A model generated the notes under the pieces. That model was not told the origin of the DNA and made no database searches. It worked only from the letters and a program-made list of their open reading frames with translations. From an uncultured Sphaerobacteraceae bacterium (GTDB taxonomy: Bacteria > Chloroflexota > Chloroflexia > Thermomicrobiales > UBA6265): a stretch of 64,000 bases of DNA. Below, piece by piece: positions 45,339 through 53,188 of the stretch. The stretch lies in NCBI GenBank assembly GCA_964526965.1, contig CAZGML010000001.1, positions 19,667 through 83,666 of the forward strand, read 5' to 3'. Every line of letters begins with the position of its first letter. Positions within the stretch are counted from its first letter, which is position 1. A program made the position numbers and the translations under genes.

Positions 45339-47276
45339 CTAGACGATGTGGAAATCACCAACCATGCCGCTCTGCTCGTGACCAGGCACGGTGCAGATGA
45401 AGTGGTAGCTCTCGCCCGCGGTTGCGTCTTCCGGAATGACGATCTCTTCGCTCTCGCCGTTGTTCAGCAGCTCGGTTCCAATACCAAGCTCATCACTTAC
45501 GAGGTCGTGCTGCATGAAGCCTTCGTTGACTACAACGATTGTCTGACCCGGTGTGACTTCCGGCTGATCGGGGTCGAAGCTGAAGTCGTCGTGCATCGTA
45601 ATGGTGAGTGCATCGCCACTGCCGGCTTCTTCCGGAGTGGCAGCCGGGCTGGCGACGGCGCCATCACCTTCGACGATGGTAATCGTGCCGACCATGCCCT
45701 GCTCCTGCGCCTCGGAAAGGTTGGATCGGAACTCGATAGTCGAGCCGACTTCGGCGTCCTCGGGAATGGTGAACTCGGCGGTGTCGCCAGCGCCAATGCT
45801 TCGAATGAACGGGATATCTCCGTCATTCCACTCATCGGCGGAGAGGCCCATCATCATATCGGTGTCGTTCTGCCAGGTCAGTACGCCGCCCGGGGCCATT
45901 TCAAGCTCGGCCGGCGTGAACTGCCACTGGGTACCGATAACCGTTGAGGCCATGGGATCGTTATCCGATGGCTCCTCGACTGCTGCCGGGGTGGATTCGC
46001 CATTGCCGGAAGCTTCTTCCTCTTCTTCGGCTTCGCCGTTCCCGGCTGCTGCGGCTGACCCACCACCTTCGACAATGTGGAAGTCGCCGACCATGCCGCT
46101 CTGTGCGTGACCCGCAACGGTGCAGATAAAGTGGAACTGCTCACCAACGGTGGCATCTTCCGGGATCGTCAGCTCGGCGCTCTCGCCGTTGTTCAGCAAC
46201 TCGGTGCCAATGCCAAGATCTTCACTTACGAGGTCGTGCTGCATGAAGCCTTCGTTCACGACCGTGATCGTCTGACCTGGGGAGACCTCCGGCTGATCGG
46301 GATCGAAGCTGAAGTCATCGTGCATTGTAATGGTGAGGGCTTCGGTTTCTCCGGAAGCGGCTGCTTCGTCACCGGTCTCCTCTTCGGCCGACTCTTCATC
46401 TTCGGATGCAGCAGCGGCGGAGCCGCCGCCTTCAACGACGTGGAAGTCGCCGACCATGCCGCTCTGTGCGTGACCTGCCACGGTGCAGATGAAGTGGTAG
46501 CTTTCGCCGACGGTGGCGTCTTCCGGAATCGTCAGCTCGGCGCTCTCGCCGTTGTTCAGCAACTCGGTGCCAATGCCAAGATCTTCACTTACGAGGTCGT
46601 GCTGCATGAAGCCTTCGTTCACGACCGTGATTGTCTGGCCTGGGGAGACCTCTGGCTGATCGGGATCGAAGCTGAAGTCGTCGTGCATTGTAATGGTGAG
46701 GGCTTCGGTTTCGCCGGAAGCGGCTGCTTCGTCACCGGACTCTTCTTCAGTTCCGGCAGCTTCGCCAGCTTCCACGATATTGAAGTCACCGAACATACCA
46801 CTCTGTTCGTGGCCAGGTACAGAGCAATAGAAGTAGAAGCTCTCACCAACGGCAGCGTCTTCCGGGATAACGATATCCTGGCTCTCGCCGTTTGTGAGCC
46901 GATCGGTTCCGATCCCAAGCTCATCACTGATGAGGTCGTGTTCCATGAAGCCTTCGTTGACGACTGTGACCGTCTGCCCCGGGGAGACTTTTGGCTGATC
47001 GGGGTCGAAGCTGAAGTCGTCGTGCATCGTAATGGTGAGGGCTTCCGCTGCTCCGCCATTTCCGCTCGACGCCTCTTCGGATTCAGAATCGGAGGACGCA
47101 GCTCCGGGTGTTCCGGTCATCGGGGCAAGTGTGGGAGGTGCGCCGGGAACATCTGGTATCTGGGTTGGATTAAGCGCCGCTTCGTCGGCGGGCTCATTAC
47201 CACATGCAACGAGTATTGCGCTGGTTGCGGTGACGGATGTGGCCGCCACAAATCGTCGTCTATTAATTCGCTTCAT
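45339..47276 (-). CDS. Tat-exported lipoprotein with five tandem cupredoxin (blue-copper, azurin/auracyanin-like) modules
   Basis: Lies in ORF 45339..47354, with ATG 47276 preceded by GGAGG 8 nt upstream. The N-terminus is MKRINRRRFVAATSVTATSAILVAC. Modules 1, 2, 3 and 5 each carry GFM(E/Q)HD and C-x4-H-x4-M (for example FICTVAGHAQSGM). Module 4 lacks these ligands. Confidence 0.85.
   Translation of the reverse strand: MKRINRRRFVAATSVTATSAILVACGNEPADEAALNPTQIPDVPGAPPTLAPMTGTPGAASSDSESEEASSGNGGAAEALTITMHDDFSFDPDQPKVSPGQTVTVVNEGFMEHDLISDELGIGTDRLTNGESQDIVIPEDAAVGESFYFYCSVPGHEQSGMFGDFNIVEAGEAAGTEEESGDEAAASGETEALTITMHDDFSFDPDQPEVSPGQTITVVNEGFMQHDLVSEDLGIGTELLNNGESAELTIPEDATVGESYHFICTVAGHAQSGMVGDFHVVEGGGSAAAASEDEESAEEETGDEAAASGETEALTITMHDDFSFDPDQPEVSPGQTITVVNEGFMQHDLVSEDLGIGTELLNNGESAELTIPEDATVGEQFHFICTVAGHAQSGMVGDFHIVEGGGSAAAAGNGEAEEEEEASGNGESTPAAVEEPSDNDPMASTVIGTQWQFTPAELEMAPGGVLTWQNDTDMMMGLSADEWNDGDIPFIRSIGAGDTAEFTIPEDAEVGSTIEFRSNLSEAQEQGMVGTITIVEGDGAVASPAATPEEAGSGDALTITMHDDFSFDPDQPEVTPGQTIVVVNEGFMQHDLVSDELGIGTELLNNGESEEIVIPEDATAGESYHFICTVPGHEQSGMVGDFHIV
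46077..46802. repeat. Two tandem 363-bp units inside the cupredoxin gene (modules 3 and 2)
   Basis: gtggaagtcgccgaccatgccgctctgtgcgtgac... begins at both 46077 and 46440. The first ~305 nt of each unit differ at roughly 20 positions by eye and include an identical run of more than 100 nt. Confidence 0.9.
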
Positions 47277-47432
47277 ACCAAATAACCTCCATGGCCATGT
47301 AGATTGTGTTTTCTGGATGACACTAAAAATCAGGTATGCGTGGTACGCATACACTCCAACTGGGGCCTATTGTACCGTCAATGTAAGAATGCAGTGCAAT
47401 GAAGCAATGTTCCTGCAAATGTAAGGAGTTCC

Positions 47433-48248
47433 ATGACAACCACAGAACGAGACACCAGGCACATAGCAACCGACTCAGCCGGAACCGCTATAGCCGTACA
47501 CAAATATACGGGAACCGGCCCCAATGTGCTGCTCATTCATGGCATAGGTAGCAGTAGTAAGGATTTCAATCCCGTCATCGCCGGGATGACCGGGTTTTGC
47601 CAACCGATCGCCATCGACCTGCGCGGCCACGGTGAATCCTTCAAGCCGGCTGCAGGTTATCACTACGGTGATTACATTCGCGATCTCGAGATCGTTCTCA
47701 CATCGCTGGAGCTGGATCAGCCAATCGTGCTCGGCCACAGTTTGGGTGGAATCATCGCGCTCATGTGGGCGGCGAAAAGGCCCAACACGCCGCGAGCGCT
47801 CATCATCGAAGACTCGCCGCTTCGCTCCGGCGAAGATTTTCGAGAGGCCTTTGAGGGGTGGCTTCAACTCAACGCGTTACCGCACGAACAGGCGAAAGCC
47901 TGGTATGCCGAAAAGAATCCGCATTGGCCAGAAGCCGTGCTGGAGCAGCGATCGTTCGATATGGTGAACACCTCACGCGCCGCTATCGAAGAGCTGCGGG
48001 CAGCATCGCTTTCAAACGAAGGGCTGGATACCTTCGGCGAACTCGGAGCGATTGCCGCTCCCCTGCTTTTCCTGCAGGGCGATCCGGAAGCCGGCAGCAT
48101 GGTGCACCCTGGTGACCTCGCGGTACTTCAACAGAGGTTGCCACAGACGCAGGTGGAGGTGTTCCCTGGTGCCGGGCATACGATTCACCGTAGTCATTCG
48201 GATGAGTGGTTGGCGCGTGTGCGAGCGTTCATTGAGGAGTTGGGATAG
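47433..48248 (+). CDS. Alpha/beta hydrolase
   Basis: VLLIHGIGSSSKDF, the nucleophile elbow LGHSLGG and C-terminal GAGHTIH are present. Confidence 0.85.
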   Translation: MTTTERDTRHIATDSAGTAIAVHKYTGTGPNVLLIHGIGSSSKDFNPVIAGMTGFCQPIAIDLRGHGESFKPAAGYHYGDYIRDLEIVLTSLELDQPIVLGHSLGGIIALMWAAKRPNTPRALIIEDSPLRSGEDFREAFEGWLQLNALPHEQAKAWYAEKNPHWPEAVLEQRSFDMVNTSRAAIEELRAASLSNEGLDTFGELGAIAAPLLFLQGDPEAGSMVHPGDLAVLQQRLPQTQVEVFPGAGHTIHRSHSDEWLARVRAFIEELG

Positions 48249-48278
48249 CAAGGTGGCAAGATACCCCCTCCCGGAAAC

Positions 48279-48446
48279 CTTGCAGCCTTACCCCTGGGCA
48301 ACACTGCAAACCCGGGGCATGTTGCAGCCTTACAATTCCCTATAAATTCAATCCAATTCATAGCAAGGCTGCAAGGCTGCAGGGTTAAGTGTGGGGCAGT
48401 GTTGGGTGTCATCGTGACCAGACGTGGTCACTGGGCTCCGGCCCAG
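48279..48446. other. Highly structured intergenic element with a four-copy 11-mer (two direct, two inverted) and nested stems
   Basis: TTGCAGCCTTA occurs at 48280-48290 and 48322-48332. Its complement occurs in tandem within CAAGGCTGCAAGGCTGCA (48364-48381). An outer stem pairs caacactgc (48299-48307) with gcagtgttg (48397-48405). Further hairpins are gtgacca/tggtcac (48414-48431) and ctgggc/gcccag (48431-48446). Confidence 0.4.
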
Positions 48447-48526
48447 GTTACGCCTGCGGCGTTGTGCTTCGCACGGGGATGCTTCGCTGCGCTCTGCATG
48501 ACGATCGGGGTGTTTGCGTTGGGATG

Positions 48527-49483
48527 TTATTCGCCGATCATCTTGTCCAGGGTGACGAACTCGTATCCTTCGGCGCTGTAATCCGCGATGATCTGCTCGA
48601 CGGCGAGGTAATCCTGCTCCTGCGCAACGTGCATGAGGATAATGGCGCCGGGGCCACCAAAGTCGGTGTCTGAGGCGCACCGCGCAGCGATTTCAGCGGC
48701 GGTGGTCTCCATCCAGGCGAGGGTGTCACATGTCCACCAGAAGGTGTAGTCGTAGCCCATCTCGGCGAGCAGTTCCTGGCCCTCGGCATCCAGGTCGCCA
48801 TATGGCGGACGCCAAAACGGGCGAGCGTCCCAATTAGCCACGTCTTCAATCGCGTCGTGGGCACCGGTGACTTCGGCCGCCCGCTGCTCTCGCGTGAGGG
48901 GCGCCGTGCCGGGAGAATCACCGGTCCAGCTCTGGTGGCTTTCACTGTGGTTAAAGAGCAAATGCCCTTCATCCAGGATGCGATTGACCAGGTCCGGATA
49001 CTCGCGTGCCCATTCGCCGGTCACACCAAAGCTCGCCTTGAGGTTGTGTTCAAGAAGCAGGTCGAGGATTTCTTCCGTGTAGCCAGCCCCCTCGCCCGCA
49101 TCGAATGTGAGAGCGACGAAATCCTGATCCTCCGGGCCACGCTCAATGACGATCGAACGGCCCGTTGTGTTTTCGGGCACGGGGAAATCGCCACGACCCA
49201 ACGCCTGCGGTTCTTCAGTGGAAGCGGGAGCTTCGGTTGGCGGCGCAGTGGGTTCGGATTCAGGTTGTTCTGGCTCCGAGGTCGGCTCGGCATCGGCCTT
49301 TTCGGTCGACGTGAGATCGAACAGCGGCTCTTCTGTAGGTACGGCTGGAACCTCCTCGGATTCATCGACCGAGGGGGTGCCCGTTTGGGTGGAAACGGAA
49401 TCGCCCCCACCCATCGAGGCTCCGAGCACGAGCAGGATCAGAACCGCAATTCGAGCGAGCGAAGCCGCCGACCTCGAGGTCAT
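48527..49483 (-). CDS. Polysaccharide deacetylase (NodB homology domain), membrane-anchored or secreted
   Basis: A signal anchor LARIAVLILLVLGASMG and an acidic linker precede VALTFDAGEGAGYTEEILDLL...FNHSESH.... Confidence 0.85.
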   Translation of the reverse strand: MTSRSAASLARIAVLILLVLGASMGGGDSVSTQTGTPSVDESEEVPAVPTEEPLFDLTSTEKADAEPTSEPEQPESEPTAPPTEAPASTEEPQALGRGDFPVPENTTGRSIVIERGPEDQDFVALTFDAGEGAGYTEEILDLLLEHNLKASFGVTGEWAREYPDLVNRILDEGHLLFNHSESHQSWTGDSPGTAPLTREQRAAEVTGAHDAIEDVANWDARPFWRPPYGDLDAEGQELLAEMGYDYTFWWTCDTLAWMETTAAEIAARCASDTDFGGPGAIILMHVAQEQDYLAVEQIIADYSAEGYEFVTLDKMIGE

Positions 49484-49791
49484 TACCAGATTCCGAGCTC
49501 GTCTTTAGCTTCTTCGCTCATCATGTCCGGACTCCATGGTGGACTCCAGACAAGCTTCACATCAGTCTCACCGATATCGGGGAGATCCTTGAGGGCGTTA
49601 TTCACTTCCTGCATGATCACCGGGCCCAGCGGGCACCCGAGAGATGTGAGCGTCATGGTTACCAGCACGTCGCCGGCTTCTTCGATATCGGCGTCGTACA
49701 CAAGGCCAAGATCTACGATGTTGATCCCGATTTCGGGGTCATACACGTTCTTCAGGCCCTCGTAGACATCGTCTTTTGTGAACGCTGCCAC
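49483..49791 (-). CDS. DUF59 / MIP18-family Fe-S cluster assembly protein (SufT-like)
   Basis: 102 aa with a GTG start. VYEGLKNVYDPEIGINIVDLGLVYD and ...TMTLTSLGCPLGPVI... are present. Confidence 0.85.
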   Translation of the reverse strand: MAAFTKDDVYEGLKNVYDPEIGINIVDLGLVYDADIEEAGDVLVTMTLTSLGCPLGPVIMQEVNNALKDLPDIGETDVKLVWSPPWSPDMMSEEAKDELGIW

Positions 49792-49866
49792 GTGAATACT
49801 CCTACAAAATCGTTTAACCGCACGCCCTGCATGTGCAAGGGCGTGTACGTTACAAGTGTACAGGTT

Positions 49867-50604
49867 CTAGAAAAATATCAACGCTGCTCCACCGAGAAAT
49901 GGAGTGCCTACCACCGCGAATTTTAGTAATGGCAACGGGGCGCGCCGGGTGAACTTGGCCCCGACATACGATCCCGCCATCATGCCGACGGTTACGCCCA
50001 CCATGTGGATGATGGAAAGATCGCCATACCGTGCCAATGCGAGGCTGCCGCTGGCACTGATGAACACGAGCGCCAGCATTGTGGTTCCCACACTCTGGAT
50101 AAGCGGAAGGCGCATCACTGTCATCAACGCCAGTTGAATAAACGGGGCCATACCAACACCGAAGAAGGCAGATGCCATACCGCCCATAAATCCGACGCCG
50201 GAGCCCACTGCTCCCCGCTTGGCGTTGATGCTGTATGGCTCGCCTTCGGCAATCGATTTGATGCGCGAACCGAGCATCATGCGCAGCCACACCAGGAAGG
50301 CCAGGAACCAGAGTGCATACCCCGCGGCTGGTTGCAGAATGTGCTCCGGAATCAGCTGACTGAGGTCGGCGCCAACAATTGCACCGATCATCCCGCCCAG
50401 GCCAAGAATGATGCCGGGCAAAACGACAACATTTCCCTCGCGGAAGTGGGAATACGAGCCTGCAACTGTGGTGAAGAGCATTGCACCTAGCGCGGTGCCG
50501 ACGGCAGTGTGGATCGACAATCCGAATACGAGGGTGAGAATACTCACCATCACGCCGGCACCACCAGCTCCGATAAAGCCGATAATGACACCGACCCCGA
50601 ACAT
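49867..50604 (-). CDS. TauE/SafE (former DUF81) family anion exporter
   Basis: Two repeats of glycine-rich TM motifs are present (IGAGGAGVMV, FFGVGMAPF). In-frame hydrophobic codons ELLLSLIGV lie upstream of ATG 50604 but have no canonical start codon. Confidence 0.82.
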   Translation of the reverse strand: MFGVGVIIGFIGAGGAGVMVSILTLVFGLSIHTAVGTALGAMLFTTVAGSYSHFREGNVVVLPGIILGLGGMIGAIVGADLSQLIPEHILQPAAGYALWFLAFLVWLRMMLGSRIKSIAEGEPYSINAKRGAVGSGVGFMGGMASAFFGVGMAPFIQLALMTVMRLPLIQSVGTTMLALVFISASGSLALARYGDLSIIHMVGVTVGMMAGSYVGAKFTRRAPLPLLKFAVVGTPFLGGAALIFF

Positions 50605-50630
50605 TACACCGATAAGCGAGAGCAGGAGTT

Positions 50631-50999
50631 CTATTGATCTCGCTCCCGACGAAGATCCTCGAGATCGATCACATCGCGGCGACGCCGCTCTTCTTCGGAC
50701 ATGCCGGATTCACGGAACGGATCATCCTGCATATGTGGCAGGCTGCCCGAGCTCCACGTGTACACGGTTGGGCCTTCGCCTTCGCTGCCGGGGCGGCGGC
50801 GAACATTCCACCAAAACAGGAATGCGGCCACGAATACGATCAGGGCAATAGCCACAAATCCGAACTGCAGCACTGCGCCAACAACGCCACTAAACACCCA
50901 CCCAAGCAGGATGCCCAGGAACAGGCCGAGGACGAAGGCGATTTTCGTCATACGGGGAATGAATGATTGGATTGATTGTCGGTTGGTTTGAAATTGCAT
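50631..50999 (-). CDS. Small membrane protein with two TM helices and a charged C-terminus (hypothetical)
   Basis: FVLGLFLGILLGWVFSGVVGAVLQFGFVAIALIVFVAAFLFWW is followed by ...EEERRRRDVIDLEDLRRERDQ. The start is ATG 50999 or the internal MTKIAF. Confidence 0.5.
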   Translation of the reverse strand: MQFQTNRQSIQSFIPRMTKIAFVLGLFLGILLGWVFSGVVGAVLQFGFVAIALIVFVAAFLFWWNVRRRPGSEGEGPTVYTWSSGSLPHMQDDPFRESGMSEEERRRRDVIDLEDLRRERDQ

Positions 51000-51114
51000 G
51001 CGTGAACTCCGCTAGCGCGCCTGCCTACACCCTCAATGGTGCCAGCGGGTATCCTGAATCTATATTGTAGTGCGTCTGGTTCTGTTGAGAACCCCTATTT
51101 GCAACGGAGCAATC

Positions 51115-51564
51115 ATGTCTGAAGTGACTGTGATCACCACCTCATTTGAAATCGTGGAGCCGCTCTTCCTGCGCGTCTCCGAGCAGCGAATACTCGCCGC
51201 CGGCGGGGCTGTGACTCACGCGAGTTTCAGCGTAAGCCCGGATGCGTTCGGCGCGTACAACATGACGATCGAAGTCGAGCCTGATTCGCTCGAGGCCGTG
51301 CAGGATGTACTTGTGACCGAATTCCCGGTTGAAACGATGATCCGGGACGGCGAGCTGCAAAAGCTCGCGCACGACGCGGGAACGGTAACGACGAAATTCG
51401 GCGAGGTACCGATTCGCGATCGGGTTTGGCATGATCGCGTTATCGGCGTGCTACCCAGCCTGACCGAATGCGCAACACTGGCCAGGCGCTTCAATGTTCC
51501 CGGTGTCATGGTGTGGCACGAGGCGTTGCGGCTTTCCGAATCCCGCATTGGGCTCAAGTACTAA
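51115..51564 (+). CDS. Stand-alone protein resembling the C-terminal domain of LarC/DUF111 nickel-insertion proteins (tentative)
   Basis: Start taken at ATG 51115 (MSEVTVITTSF). TVTTKFGEVPIRDRVWHDRVIGVLPSLTECATLARRFNVPGVMVWHEA parallels the V.T.YG.V.VK....PEYEDC..LA...G.P...V..A tail of LarC. Confidence 0.4.
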   Translation: MSEVTVITTSFEIVEPLFLRVSEQRILAAGGAVTHASFSVSPDAFGAYNMTIEVEPDSLEAVQDVLVTEFPVETMIRDGELQKLAHDAGTVTTKFGEVPIRDRVWHDRVIGVLPSLTECATLARRFNVPGVMVWHEALRLSESRIGLKY

Positions 51565-53188
51565 TTCGCCGGAATCGTGCGGGGAGTCGCTCCCTGATCA
51601 ACGTCCAGAGCTGGCGGATAACATCTGGTACGAGCCAGATCACCATCGCCAGGTAGATGGCTACGAAAATGGCGCCCGGTACCGCAACCAGCATTATCCG
51701 GGATCCGATCATGGGAAGAGAGAAATGATGATCGGTCAGCCAGGCGAGTCCGTACCAGGCAAGCCATCCGCCCGCCGCTGCTGCCAATGCCGAGCCGGCA
51801 ATGCGCGGGATCAGGTTGCGTAACGACGGACTGGAAGCCCACCCGAAGGCACGCCTGCCGAACCACCAAATCACGATGGTATGGAAGATAAATTGGGCCG
51901 AGTTCGCCAGCACCAGGCCCATCATGCCGAGCTGTTCGACAAGTGAAAACGCCACTACGAAATAGACAAACACCGCTGCAACGCCGATGGCGACCGGCAG
52001 CTTCGTATTCTGGCGCGAGTAGAACGCGAATATCAGCACCTGGTCGTACGCGGCCATGAGCGTTCCCGGTAAGTAGCCCAGCAGTGCAAGGGATATCTGG
52101 TTAACGCCTACTTCCGTTGTTGCGCCATACCCAAAGAGCAGGCGGGCGATGGGATCCGAAAGCGTGGCCAATGCGAATGTCGCCGGGAAGATCAGCACCG
52201 TCACCATCGAAAGTGCCCGACCGAGTGTCCCACGGAAGGCGGCAGAATCGCTGCTCTGGAAGTGGCGCGCAAGTGTTGGCAAGGCCGCCAGGGAAATGGC
52301 CGCTGCCACGATTCCGAGCGTGAGTTGTACCAGCGTGGTTGCGTATCGCATTGCGCCAACGGCGTTTTCTCCCGCGCCCCAGGCGAGACCGCGATCGATG
52401 ATCACCGCCGCGCTATTGAACAATAGTCCGATAAAGACGGGGATGTAGAGCCACCCCATCTGGCGGAGCGCGGGATGTTTCCAGGAGAACGCCGGAACGG
52501 GCAGGATTCCGTTTCGAATAAGCGGCGGTATCTGGATCAGGATGATCATGGCAGCGCCGAGCACCGTGCCCCAGGCCATGGCCTCCACGCCCCAACGTGC
52601 TCCGAACAGCGCGGTTACCACCACAATCGCCAGATTGCGCACTGCCGTAGAGAGTGCAGGCGCCGTGACTTTCTCAACGGCGTACAGCATCGCCTGGAGC
52701 ACCGTTGCCAGGCAGAGAAGCAACGCAGCGGGCAGCACGATTTGCACCAGTCGGATGGTTAGGTCGATGGTTTCCGGCCCGCGCGCGAGCTCATCTCCTG
52801 AAATGCGTATTAACAGGTTCACAACGGTGGATGCGTTGAACTCGGCTATGACGACCACCGTGCCGACGACCAGCAGCACACCAATCAACAGCGTGCCGCC
52901 GATTCGTCTCAGTTCCATGCGGGAGGCGAACTCCGGCGCAGCCCACTGGGCCAACACGGGAATTAGCGCTGCCTGCAGTGCTCCACTTGCGAGCAGATCG
53001 AAAAGCAGGGTCTGGAGATTGTCGGCAACGGTGAAGGCAGCGATCTCATCGCCGGTACCGAAGAGCCCGGCCGCGAGCTGCTCACGAACCAGACCCAATA
53101 CGCGACTGAGCACATTCCCCAGCATAAGAATGAGCGCCGCAATGGCGATTCCACCTGTCTTGCGCGACGGTGCCGCCGATTCACTCAC
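51554..53188 (-). CDS. murJ: Lipid II flippase MurJ (MviN)
   Basis: 544 aa. The GTG start overlaps the upstream stop (GTGA). LGNVLSRVLGLVREQLAAGLFGTGDEIAAFTVA is followed by about 14 TM helices. Confidence 0.9.
   Translation of the reverse strand: MSESAAPSRKTGGIAIAALILMLGNVLSRVLGLVREQLAAGLFGTGDEIAAFTVADNLQTLLFDLLASGALQAALIPVLAQWAAPEFASRMELRRIGGTLLIGVLLVVGTVVVIAEFNASTVVNLLIRISGDELARGPETIDLTIRLVQIVLPAALLLCLATVLQAMLYAVEKVTAPALSTAVRNLAIVVVTALFGARWGVEAMAWGTVLGAAMIILIQIPPLIRNGILPVPAFSWKHPALRQMGWLYIPVFIGLLFNSAAVIIDRGLAWGAGENAVGAMRYATTLVQLTLGIVAAAISLAALPTLARHFQSSDSAAFRGTLGRALSMVTVLIFPATFALATLSDPIARLLFGYGATTEVGVNQISLALLGYLPGTLMAAYDQVLIFAFYSRQNTKLPVAIGVAAVFVYFVVAFSLVEQLGMMGLVLANSAQFIFHTIVIWWFGRRAFGWASSPSLRNLIPRIAGSALAAAAGGWLAWYGLAWLTDHHFSLPMIGSRIMLVAVPGAIFVAIYLAMVIWLVPDVIRQLWTLIRERLPARFRRIST

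Noticed and set aside
45339-47276. The cupredoxin module repeats as a diversity-generating retroelement template/variable pair
   Set aside because: No reverse transcriptase is present in the window. The mismatches between the 363-bp units involve all base types and are not adenine-specific.
46077-47285. A 402-aa plus-strand ORF with internal repeats
   Set aside because: It is the mirror image of the repeated cupredoxin modules on the minus strand. The minus strand carries the signal peptide, the copper ligands, the SD and the terminator.
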